DNA of 64,000 bases from the NCBI GenBank assembly GCA_016214605.1, contig JACROD010000005.1, positions 6,108 to 70,107 on the forward strand. Direction: 5' to 3'. The stretch comes from Candidatus Kaiserbacteria bacterium. GTDB taxonomy: Bacteria > Patescibacteriota > Minisyncoccia > Phycocordibacterales > UBA2100. The number at the start of each line of letters is the position of its first letter. Position 1 is the first letter of the stretch. Positions 29,301-35,352 of this stretch are shown here, piece by piece. The notes beneath the pieces are model-generated. The model was not told where the DNA came from, searched no databases, and saw nothing but the letters and a program-made list of their open reading frames with translations. Made by a program: the position numbers and the translations under genes.

Positions 29301-32300
29301 TTGGCTGATTGGCTTGCGGCAGCGGAGAGGACGAGGGTCGTGGTGGCGGCGGAGCCTGAGAGGATGGAAAATTTGGCATACGGAGTCGTGCTCGCACCGA
29401 CCACCGCCAGATCCGTGGTGGTAGCGAGGGTGACACGACCGATACTGTTGGTGGTCCAGCCGCCGCCGGTGCTCGCGCCACCGACCGAGATCGTACCGCA
29501 AGAGATATTGCCCGAACCATCGGTCTGCAGCGCCTGACCTCCCGTACAAGTAGTGACCGATCCGAGCGCGAGGGTACTGGTGAAGCGGCCGGTGCCAGAG
29601 ACGTCGAGTGTGTATGAGGGAGCATTGGTGCCGATGCCCACACGGCCGCTTCCCTGTTGTACTACTAATTGTGTACCGCCGATAGTGAAGCCTTGGCCGC
29701 TGGCGATGGTGGATGTACCAGAGGTCTGCGTGCTGTTGAAGAGTGGCGCGCCAAAGGTCGTACCGTTGAAGGTAAGTGCGGTGCCGGAGGTGATCCGCGT
29801 ACCGTCAAAGAAATTCACACCGTTGGTGACCTGTGTGCCGGTCGCGGTGCCGCCATTGGCGATCGGCAAGATACCACTCAAATAGTTGACTCCGATGGTG
29901 GTAGTGGCGATGACCATACCATTCACATCCGTGGCGAGGAGCTTGCTGGTGGTGGCATTGAGATTGAGTGTGCCCAGTGATGCAAGCTGCGAAAAGAGAT
30001 TTGTGGAGCTTGCAGTGGTGGCAAAGGTGTTGGTGGTTGTGGCGTTGCCCCAGATGAATACATTGCCCGATACGGCGAAGGTGGCGGAGGGAGCGGTGGT
30101 GGCAATGCCGAAGCTCCCTGCTGACGTAAGTCGTGCACCTTCGGTGAGGGTGCCGGAGCGAAGTGTGGCGAAGGCGAGATCGCCGTTCCCGGTTTGTGGT
30201 ACGCCGCCGGTGCCTCCCTGGAAGATGCTGAAGATGGATGCGGTCGTGGTGCCGGTGTTGTGGACGATGTCGTCGGTCTTGAATGCGAGCGAGACCTTGG
30301 TGGAAGAGGTGGCCGAGCCGAAGTTGGAGAGGGAGAAGGGTGTGGTGCTGGCTGAGGTGTTGTCGGAGACTTCGAGCTTGGTCTGTGGAGTGGTGGTGCC
30401 GATGCCGACGTTGCCGGAGTTGTTGGAATAGATGGCGTTGGAAGCTCCCAGTGTCCACGGCGTGTTGATCGTGAGTGCCGAGCCGCCGACCAGGAAGCCT
30501 GCAGTACCGGTGAAGGTCACGCCGGTGCCGGCGGAGACACTGGAAGTGGCGACGGAGGTGAGGCCGTTGGTGCCGTTGCCATACAGAAGCTGACTGCTCG
30601 TGAAGGTGGATTGACCGGTGCCGCCGTTGGCGATACCGAGGATGCCGGTGAGGTAGTTGGTGCCGATTGATGTGGTCGCGACGACCGCGCCGCTTGCATT
30701 GGTGCTGAGGATGGCGTTGGCAGGGCCGATGAGGTAATTGGTACCGATCGTGGTGGTCGCCGTCGGATTACCCGAAGAGTCGAACGCGAAAATGGATGAC
30801 GCCGGACCCTTGAGGAGGTTCCAGCCGATGGTGGTAGATGCAACGACCGAGCCGTTGGCGTTCGTGCTGAGGATACTGTTGGTGAGCGAAGTAATCGCAA
30901 AGGCGGTGGTAGTAGCGCGGGTCAAGGTGGCGTTGCCGGAGAAGACGTTGGTGCCGCTCCAGGTATTGGCGTCAGACAGCAATGTCGTCGAAGCGCCCGT
31001 GAAGGTCTGCTGGGTCTTCCAGTAGTCAGTCGAGGTGGTGGAGAATGCGAGACCTTGGTTTTGTGAGAGGAAGTACGAGGCGGAGGTGGTGGCCCAGCGG
31101 GTCTGCGTGGTCTCCCAGTATGCTGTGGAGGTCGTGGAGAAGAAGTTGTTGGCGGTTTTCCAGTAGTCGCTCGATGTCGTCGAGAAGAAATATCCCTTAT
31201 TGAGGGTATTGAGATAGGTATTCACCAGCGTGTCACTGTAGTACTTGTTGGTGCTACCCTGCGCGAGACCGTCGGTCGTGGTAGCGTACCACGACAAGAG
31301 TGAAAGTTTGGCATCGAGCGCACTCTGCAGGTCGGTTTGGTTGCTCAAAGTGCCTGTAATAGAGCCCCAGATTGCGCTGTTGATGCCGAGGGAGGTGGTG
31401 GAGACGTAGTCGAAGGTGCCGCCGCTGTTGCCCATGAGGAGCTTGCCGTATGTGGGGGCGCTGGATGTGCCGGTACCGCCGTTTGCAATCGAAAGTACAT
31501 TGGTAACATCACTCGCCAGGTTTACAAACCCCGTTGATATCACGCCGGCGGTTGCTTTTAGCAAACCATTCAGAGAGCCGATGGAGAGGCTATTCACCGA
31601 GAGCCCGCCGATGTTTGCCGCTGTGGCATAAAGATTCGTACTTGAGGCAGTCGTTGCAAAGAAATTCGTTGCGGTTGCACTCGTGGTTGTAAGGTTCGTT
31701 ATCGTACCGGTCGCCGCATTAAAAAGCGACGCAAAGAGCGATGTCGTAGTTGCCGATGTGATCGTCGCAGTCCCCAAAATGGCGTCCGTTGAGAAAAGAT
31801 GCGTCGAAGAGGAAATCGTTGAGAAAAACGACGTCGTTGTCGCCGACTGACCGGTCGCGCTTACAAAAGTGATTCCCCCGATATTGCTAACCGAGAACAC
31901 CGTCGCACCTGTCGAAGACGCGAGCGAAAACAGTGTAGAGGTGGTATCAGTCGACGACGCAACGATAGCAAGCCGCGCCGTCGGCGTGGTCGTACCGATA
32001 CCAAGGTTACCCGAGGACGCATTGTATGAAAAATTACTCACGCCATCAAACACTCCTCCGTTGTTGAATTGGATTTGTCCGCTTGATCCGCCAGGCGTAC
32101 CGCCTCCACCGCCAGTCGTTATACAGTTACCATTCACCGAGAAACATCCTCCTGAGAGAGCGATACCATTGGCAAATGTCGAGGTTGCCGTCGTCGACGA
32201 TATGGACAAAACCCCTGCCCCGAGACCGCCTGAAAACGTCGATGTGCCGCTATATGTGCTTTTCAAAAGTCCTGTGAGTGTACCACCGGAGACCGCAAGA

Positions 32301-33577
32301 TACTGACCGCTTAAGTCAGGCAGGTCGGCGGATGTGAGGCCTGTGACGCCATTGACATGTACGTTCGTTAGGAGTGTTCCATTCAGCGAATCGATATGCT
32401 GCGTCAATGCGATCTGATTTGCGACACCACCGCTTGCAGGCGGCGCCACGGGGGTAAATTGCGAGACCTGTAGCGACTGAGCAAATTGCTGGAGGCGCCT
32501 ATCAAGGTCATTCGTCGTTATACCGCTTGTCGCCGGCAGCGAATATGCAGTGTTGTTGTAGACATTATGGGTCTCATTGTTCGTCGTGTTATAGGTGTTG
32601 TTATAGGTGTTGTTTACAACGCTCGACGGCGCCATAACACCACCACCGAATGATGCGAATCCTCCCGATGCAACAGTGGCAGGAGGCGACGAAAGAGCAG
32701 ATTTGGCTGTTGGCGTAATGTGCACATACACAGATCCTTGCTGTCCGACATCCCAGCCAAATACTCGCAAAATATTAGCAAAGAAGCCACCGATACTACT
32801 CACCACATGAGAAGGAATACTTTCTTCGATCGCCGCAACATTCTGAACGCGACTCGGCGATGTATTGTTGGTGAGGGATGCATGTCGCGTTATCGCGTTT
32901 TGCGATGATCCGATAAAAGCCATGAAAACGAAGACAATAGCCACCGTCGCAAAGACTCCTTTCAGAGACACAAGAGAGCGCATCGAGGACATAGAATACG
33001 CAGCCGGGTCCGACACTGATCTGGGGGCACGACTCGCCAGAGTTTTTGTTTCCTCCCCAGCGACCAAGGGAGATTCTTTCACGAGCTTTTCTTGTACAGG
33101 CGACAGAATCCTTTCGGTAATACCAAGGGCTTGGGGATTAAACTGGAGAATCTCATATACAGAAACCGGACGCGGTGAGACACCCTTTGCAGCAAAGAAG
33201 TCCGAGACGGATTCTTTATCGACAAGCCAGAGACCGTCTTGTACGACACCCCGGATTTTCTTCTGGCGACAAAGACGTGAAATGTGATCATTCGTCACTC
33301 CAAAAAGAGCTGCCGCATCCTTGGACGAGATGTATTTTGCTACGCGATGTATGACCTCCCGCACAGAAACCGGACGCGGTGAGACACCCTTTGCAGCAAA
33401 GAAGTCCGAGACGGATTCTTTATCGACAAGCCAAAGACCGTCTTGTACGACACCCCGGATTTTCTTCTGGCGACAAAGACGTGAAATGTGATCATTCGTC
33501 ACTCCAAAAAGAGCTGCCGCATCCTTGGACGAGATGTATTTTATTTGGTAGTCGTTTCTTTGGATTGTGTCGCCCAT
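17309..33577 (-). CDS. Giant (5,422 aa) membrane-anchored fibre/adhesin: 2x N-terminal HTH, TM helix, tail-fibre-like repeats, autotransporter-head-like repeats, LVIVD propeller, Gly-rich repeats, intramolecular-chaperone-like domain, DUF5011-type Ig
   Basis: Single uninterrupted ORF. KYISSKDAAALFGVTNDHISRLCRQKKIRG..LWLVD x2; hydrophobic GVFATVAIVFVFMAFIG; 11 IANGGT junctions; NTAxGxxAL repeats; F.I.DIS.P..P LVIVD repeats; GGxGG tracts; SDVAEMY..GRVPVLV..GPIAIGDRI; APIISVNGNNPASIQVGSVYSDLGATI. Confidence 0.88.
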   Translation of the reverse strand: MGDTIQRNDYQIKYISSKDAAALFGVTNDHISRLCRQKKIRGVVQDGLWLVDKESVSDFFAAKGVSPRPVSVREVIHRVAKYISSKDAAALFGVTNDHISRLCRQKKIRGVVQDGLWLVDKESVSDFFAAKGVSPRPVSVYEILQFNPQALGITERILSPVQEKLVKESPLVAGEETKTLASRAPRSVSDPAAYSMSSMRSLVSLKGVFATVAIVFVFMAFIGSSQNAITRHASLTNNTSPSRVQNVAAIEESIPSHVVSSIGGFFANILRVFGWDVGQQGSVYVHITPTAKSALSSPPATVASGGFASFGGGVMAPSSVVNNTYNNTYNTTNNETHNVYNNTAYSLPATSGITTNDLDRRLQQFAQSLQVSQFTPVAPPASGGVANQIALTQHIDSLNGTLLTNVHVNGVTGLTSADLPDLSGQYLAVSGGTLTGLLKSTYSGTSTFSGGLGAGVLSISSTTATSTFANGIALSGGCFSVNGNCITTGGGGGTPGGSSGQIQFNNGGVFDGVSNFSYNASSGNLGIGTTTPTARLAIVASSTDTTSTLFSLASSTGATVFSVSNIGGITFVSATGQSATTTSFFSTISSSTHLFSTDAILGTATITSATTTSLFASLFNAATGTITNLTTTSATATNFFATTASSTNLYATAANIGGLSVNSLSIGSLNGLLKATAGVISTGFVNLASDVTNVLSIANGGTGTSSAPTYGKLLMGNSGGTFDYVSTTSLGINSAIWGSITGTLSNQTDLQSALDAKLSLLSWYATTTDGLAQGSTNKYYSDTLVNTYLNTLNKGYFFSTTSSDYWKTANNFFSTTSTAYWETTQTRWATTSASYFLSQNQGLAFSTTSTDYWKTQQTFTGASTTLLSDANTWSGTNVFSGNATLTRATTTAFAITSLTNSILSTNANGSVVASTTIGWNLLKGPASSIFAFDSSGNPTATTTIGTNYLIGPANAILSTNASGAVVATTSIGTNYLTGILGIANGGTGQSTFTSSQLLYGNGTNGLTSVATSSVSAGTGVTFTGTAGFLVGGSALTINTPWTLGASNAIYSNNSGNVGIGTTTPQTKLEVSDNTSASTTPFSLSNFGSATSSTKVSLAFKTDDIVHNTGTTTASIFSIFQGGTGGVPQTGNGDLAFATLRSGTLTEGARLTSAGSFGIATTAPSATFAVSGNVFIWGNATTTNTFATTASSTNLFSQLASLGTLNLNATTSKLLATDVNGMVIATTTIGVNYLSGILPIANGGTATGTQVTNGVNFFDGTRITSGTALTFNGTTFGAPLFNSTQTSGTSTIASGQGFTIGGTQLVVQQGSGRVGIGTNAPSYTLDVSGTGRFTSTLALGSVTTCTGGQALQTDGSGNISCGTISVGGASTGGGWTTNSIGRVTLATTTDLAVVGASTTPYAKFSILSGSAATTTLVLSAAASQSANLIDIYDANGVLSTVLTADGKLGLGNSAPTDKLNVQGAVSAQYFNATSSTASTFTGGLIAQASSTFSALLNLSQSTTSLATFTNNTWFTGIAASSLLALDANQKLVATTSIGWNLLKGPASSIFAFDSSGNPTATTSIGVNYLSGILGIANGGTNASSIGSHMLTAFDGTRIVSTSTPTAAAYLATSSTANSIFAGKLGVGSLTAPTYTLDVNGFVNTDGTTGGYKQAGNTVLYASTTNTSLAVGASAAAAWMSASSTSWNDIAIGSGALATIPTDHLGSNGQLNTSIGIQSLSANTIGYGNTAIGYYALTSNTTGVVNTAIGTNALNKNIGSYNTANGSNALFNNTTGSNNSANGYYALFYNGSATSTTAFGAYAGQGNGNYSNQGGTVVGMQAGFNFATGSDYNTLLGYQSGYGITTGARNVLLGQSTIAASQNQVTTGSNNIAIGNDVAIASSTLSNQLVIGNLIYGTGLSGTGATISTGNIAIGTSTPYSKLTTWGTANLFEAVNNSSSTVFLIGQNGATSTNFAATTICFTGDTCRTTWPSSGTSWPWTIATTFGTSTNATTTPTWYQMGFYASSTSQLASANIWNTLALKATTSKLLATDANGMVIATTSIGVNYLSGILPIANGGTATGTQVTNGVNFFDGTRITSGTALTFDGTNLGINDTTPSYSLDVNGFINTDGTTGGYKQAGNTVLYASTTNTSLAVGASAAAAWMSASSTSWLSVAIGQGALGTTPTSGTAIANTAVGYNALSSNTTGQINTATGYLALFSNTTGTNNTASGNSTLQSNTTGGSNTALGARSLIFNTTGSSNTASGYNALLSNTTGSSNVAVGSSASNFNQSATSTVAIGSSAAIGTANYSNQGGTVIGFSAGRGFTTGSDYNTLLGYQSGYAITTGARNVLLGQSTITASRDQVTTGSNNIAIGNDVAVPSATASNQLVIGNLIYGTGLSGTGATISTGNIAIGTSTPYSKLTTWGTGSLFEAVTNSSSTVFSIGQNGATTTNFAITNLASAILSTNANGSVVATSSIGVNYLSGILPIANGGTATGTQVTNGVNFFDGTRITSGTALTFNGTTFGAPLFNSTQTSGTSTIAAGQGFTIGTSQFVLQQGSGNVGIGTSTPGSLLSVAGDVYASGFYNTSGTTGGYKIDGNLILQASSTLNSFFIGQSAGNTSTTGLQNYGLGTFALSAITTGDFNNAMGRAAMNALTTGSSNTAMGNESLRLNTTGSDNVAIGANASRLNISATSSVAIGSSAGNAAANFNNQGGTYVGYLAGYGAQTNSDFNTLFGYQSGRGITTGSNNIWIGTATSSAAIANLTTGSQNILIGNNISFPSATASGQLNIGNIIYGTGITGTGSTVSSGNIGIGTTTPYSKLTTWGTANLFEAVNNSSSTVFLIGQNGATSTNLFSTTASSTNLFSQTASLGILNLRATTSKLLATDANGMVIATTSIGVNYLTGILPIANGGTNNSTGGTTNGVMYFDGTKFTSDGGLTYTPSSSFFVNDLATFASGFTSQGLSTFDGNIVANASSTFSAPLNIAQSSTTLATFSGSTWLTNLTASTLLALDANKKIVSTTTIGWNLLKGPASSIFAFDSSGNPTATSTIGLNYLKGGNNLLLSTDSSGNVVGTTSVGVNYLSGILPIANGGTATGTQVTNGVNFFDGTRITSGTAITWNGTTFAASNISTGGTLGVTGLSTLGGFISTASSTITSGLFSANGGASTTNFTATGLVILGNATTTNLFSTTASSTNLFSQLASLGTLNLKATTSKLLATDANGMVIATTSIGVNYLSGILPIANGGTATGTQVTNGVNFFDGTRITSGTALTFDGTNLGVGTTSPQERLTVMGGNIFQTGGSGNSGQLYNPALLGGVDLGIGVGESLFGGQDMTVVGNTLYLVTASTTANTGCSTSDMSDCELRIFDIATGTPRFLGGADFGPTATAHGNGIAVAGQYAYVTVSTVAGTCNSTTATGCEFRIYDISNPSAPLFKGGLNFAISGINVVVSGHYAYVTLNSVSGNDFRIIDISDPTNPVTVGGLDLGTAGIGLRVQGNYAYIAQGSVTGNDFIIVDISNPAAPVTVGGMDLGTNGRAIAVSGNYAYVGKDTGGVTGNLIIYDVSNPTAIATTSVISAAAAQTVQVSGRYMYLGVSSLAGSCNSTTITGCDFRVYDISDPYNPIAVGGVDENANVQGLVVSGHSAFVGLSSISGNDLVVHDITGADLQSLAVGTLDAGSLQLRNDLTSQGHIFADTFNAGAGGIYSTGGIFSYVASSSATTPIAGLFMGGNVGVGTTTPWGSLSLAGTAGQTNPLFVIASSTGTSLFSIAGDTGLATLSGGFLSTASSTITSGLFSMNGGASTTNFTATGLTILGNATTTNLFSTTASSTNLFAQTASLGILNIPSITNAILSTNSSGQVVATTSIGTNYLTGVLAIANGGTNNSSAYTAGSVIFSNGTSLTQDNSNFFWDDTNNRFGIGTTSPNSAIEISGSDAGTTLNTFTSGTTLSISNRNTTANNFSTLAFRTQDLTNGGATSSAQIVGINTAHTAGASSGALAFLTLNAGSLGEAMRILPTNLVGIGITAPTSMLHVSGTQPTSASSGNGTAATSILNIAGITGGVTTDTGTRTGGAGSALTLTLGTGGTATAADVLSTGGTGGTFTMTGGVGGAASVAGTGNNTGGAGSAFTWTGGIGGAANGDTTGNNTGGTGGAFTWVAGTGGAATNANGTPGTRTGGVGGAITLRAGAGGVGTDTGGNGGGLSLSSGLAAAATSSAGGAVTITGAAGGTTGSGGAGGAITLTGGLAGGDNSVARAGGAIAITAGASKGNNAGGAITLTAGASSASSTLAGGAISLTGGLGGTNTNTGTALGGTGSGFAFTLGTGGTATAADVLSTGGTGGTFTMTGGVGGAASVAGTGNNTGGAGSPFTWTGGTGGAANGNTTGNNTGGIGGAFTWTAGTGGAATNANGTPGTRTGGAGGAVTINAGAGGAGTDTGGSGGLLTISGGTAAAATSSAGGGVSILGDVGTSIGSGGAGGALTLTAGAAAGDNSVARAGGAVTVTAGASKGQNAGGAITLTTGAASASSTLAGGLLTLTTGAGGTNTNTGTATGGAGGGHTFSMGAGGTATAADVLSTGGAGGTFTMTGGVGGAASVAGTGNNTGGAGSAFTWTAGTGGAASGNTTGVNTAGAGGAVALSAGTGGAATNANATPGTRTGGAGGALTLNAGIGGTGTDVAGVGGAMIFKTAQTTSLTEQMRITNTGLVGIGTTTPFWKLTVASSTGPQIALTDGTASSNAWTFRSISNSFYIATSTATATSTVAALAINSNGAATFGNNLTVNGTASLQQATTTTFAITSITNSILSTNANGSVVASTTIGWNLLKGPASSIFAFDASGNPIATTTIGTNYLIGPANAILSTNASGAVVATTSIGVNYLTGILGIANGGTATGTQVTNGVNFFDGTRITSGTALTFTGTNLGIGTTTPMGLLTIATSSATAANAAMKIQSNSGTTTVTFFTSTTTFLTTSGVAATAAQASNYMIIGNGSTAASVSIVNGGLCVDSDGWCFASTTGRVSSVTSTTGGSDVAEMYASHDTLVPGNIVATAGNVAIKAAVTDTKHHIIGIVSTAPGLTLGFNPDGTFDTTDNHYPVALVGRVPVLVNLDNGPIAIGDRIALSTSTPGVGMKADPMDPSVAIALQAYQTGATSTAILAFVNLQDINVSAIQAIASSTFATSSQTAIIDGPFAGVSQMLHDTLSLALASVSGIAGTGVRELGGAVHGSLAAFDKVFAKEIYADNITAQKVTAVQQMCVGTTCVTEAQLQALLASAAVASGGGGSGAAGATGGSTGGVSSGATTPTATTATGSVAPIISVNGNNPASIQVGSVYSDLGATITGPTSALNLGISAIVDGGATTTIDQIHIDTSVTGTHTIRYFATDASGVQGSATRTVVVYDPTTTTSPAEETASGTTTINTTTSSTDTSTSTPSTIDTSTSSSTAPVDSTTTSTSQ
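19600..21460 (-). repeat. Gly-rich intragenic repeat with a 720-nt (240-aa) period, about 2.5 units
   Basis: AADVLSTGG.GGTFTMTGGVGGAASVAGTGNNTGGAGS recurs three times, at about 19861, 20581 and 21301. Segment 20571-20683 is identical to 21291-21403. Outer boundaries are approximate. Confidence 0.85.
33159..33542 (-). repeat. Near-identical 180-bp tandem duplication encoding the two HTH domains
   Basis: 33159-33338 versus 33363-33542, period 204 nt. I could see only one (synonymous) mismatch. Confidence 0.9.
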
Positions 33578-33677
33578 ATTTTTTTATTTCAAGCCACATG
33601 TCGCCGAGACGACATAACGATTCAATGTTCAAATTGTACGACGTGTTCGCTTGAATGAAGTCGCATTTTTTATTTCG

Positions 33678-33686
33678 TGTGGATAA
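33678..33686 (-). promoter_or_regulatory. Perfect DnaA-box sequence (TTATCCACA) upstream of the giant gene
   Basis: TGTGGATAA on the + strand, about 100 nt upstream of the start, in an AT-rich intergenic region. Confidence 0.45.
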
Positions 33687-34119
33687 GTCCCGTAAAAGAT
33701 TTTTCCGTGCCATTCACTCTTCTGATACCAAAAGTCACACCGGATATTTTTGTTTTCGTTCGTCAAACACAAGGAGATTTTTCACATACAAAGTCGCGGG
33801 GCAAGATCGTATATTGAGGAGCAAGAATACAAGGCTCTAATGGCTTAATTCCTCACTACCTATTAATCGACAGCACCTTTTAGCAAAGAGAAAGATTTAT
33901 CTTACCCAAACACAAAGAAAGATCGTATCCGCCACAAAAAATCAATCTGACTAGAAACATTTTCACATTACCCTGATCTTTGGCGATCTAAATCCAAAAA
34001 TTATAAAACCCCTGGTATGGATAAAAAATCAAAAAACTATCGATTATGTGGTATTTATATACTCGTTATGCCGAGATTTACTGTATTTACGTATATCGGA
34101 TACCCGATATTTATTAAAA

Positions 34120-35031
34120 TCATCTATGACCAGCAGGGTTTTCGTAGTTTTCCGGCTCAGGCGGACGAACGGGACCCGCGTATGGCTTGATACTAATGTA
34201 AACAGAACCACGCACCCCTGCGGTGTGCGCCCAAGCAAGGCCCGAGGCAGATTCGACTGCCGCGACAAGACGCCCCGGATCGGCGTCTTGAATCTGTACA
34301 AAGGTTTCTTTGAGCGCCTCTTTGCCACCAAGTGCATATCGGGGGTCAATCACAGAGTACAAGCTAGACGCGATCATAACGGCGATACTGAGCGCAAAAG
34401 CTTTCTGGGTGAAAACCGCAAAAGAGGAGGATAAATATGTGGGTTTATAGCTATTTCCGATCTGCCTTATGTGGCCAGTACGCTTTCCCTCATCTTGTTT
34501 GCGCACCACCAACTCAAGCTGATCTCGAATACTTCTTACTGACGAAAGATCGTCCCAAGATTTTGATAAAAACTGCGTAGTATCAGGTGTACTAATCGCC
34601 CTTTTCGAAGAATTCTGACGCACGAAAGACGGATGTTCCGGTGGATTAGTCTGAATAGCAGGATTTTGCGGCCAATAAGAATATCGGAAAATATCCTTTT
34701 CATTCAATGTGTTTTGACTTTTTGAAATCATCGGCTCAACCATTGTAAGAGAGGTGCGCCGCTCATCCTGGAAGCTGGCAAGCGCCCGGTGATATTCGTT
34801 CCGGCGTTGCTCAGAAAGTGTTTGACGACTCTTGCTTTTCGAATACTCTTGCGTGGTCAGGAACGCCTGAAATGAGTTTTTGTCGACATACCACAGTTTG
34901 CCGATGCGTTTCCCACACACTTTTCCGTCACGGCAAAGACGCCCGACATAGTCGCGAGTGAATCCGGATGATTCTGCCGCCTCACGCGCAGAAACATAAT
35001 GCATTCCGTCAAAAAATATTTCGTCACTCAT
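34120..35031 (-). CDS. HTH (excisionase/HTH_17-like) + single TM helix protein; short paralogue of the giant gene's N-terminus
   Basis: YVSAREAAESSGFTRDYVGRLCRDGKVCGKRIGKLWYVD; hydrophobic AFALSIAVMIASSLYSVI; post-TM GSVYISIKP matches the giant protein's GSVYVHITP. Confidence 0.8.
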   Translation of the reverse strand: MSDEIFFDGMHYVSAREAAESSGFTRDYVGRLCRDGKVCGKRIGKLWYVDKNSFQAFLTTQEYSKSKSRQTLSEQRRNEYHRALASFQDERRTSLTMVEPMISKSQNTLNEKDIFRYSYWPQNPAIQTNPPEHPSFVRQNSSKRAISTPDTTQFLSKSWDDLSSVRSIRDQLELVVRKQDEGKRTGHIRQIGNSYKPTYLSSSFAVFTQKAFALSIAVMIASSLYSVIDPRYALGGKEALKETFVQIQDADPGRLVAAVESASGLAWAHTAGVRGSVYISIKPYAGPVRPPEPENYENPAGHR

Positions 35032-35126
35032 GAATTGTTTTGTTTGTCTTCCATATTTTTATGACACGACTTAACTACTATTTTACTAGCTAAATCGGAT
35101 ATACGAACAAACAAAAAGACATGTTC

Positions 35127-35135
35127 TGTGGATAA
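35127..35135 (-). promoter_or_regulatory. Perfect DnaA-box sequence upstream of the HTH-TM gene
   Basis: TGTGGATAA on the + strand, about 96 nt upstream of start 35031. Confidence 0.45.
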
Positions 35136-35352
35136 GAAAATTCGGTATTTTTAAAGAGAACAGTGTGAGAAAGTTTACCGTGTGCAAAGGATTCAAATCA
35201 AAATAACGATCTCCGTCCGGCACAAAAACTACCCATGTCACAACCCAAACACATACCTCCAAAGAAAAGATGATCTATGGGGGCACGTTCAAGATGACAA
35301 CTGAGGGACGGTGGAGTCTTCTCGATCGCGGGTACGCTCGTACCCACCAAAT

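Noticed and set aside
33578-35352. Replication origin (AT-rich spacers with DnaA boxes)
   Set aside because: Only single boxes per spacer and no dnaA/dnaN nearby; better explained as promoter-associated motifs.
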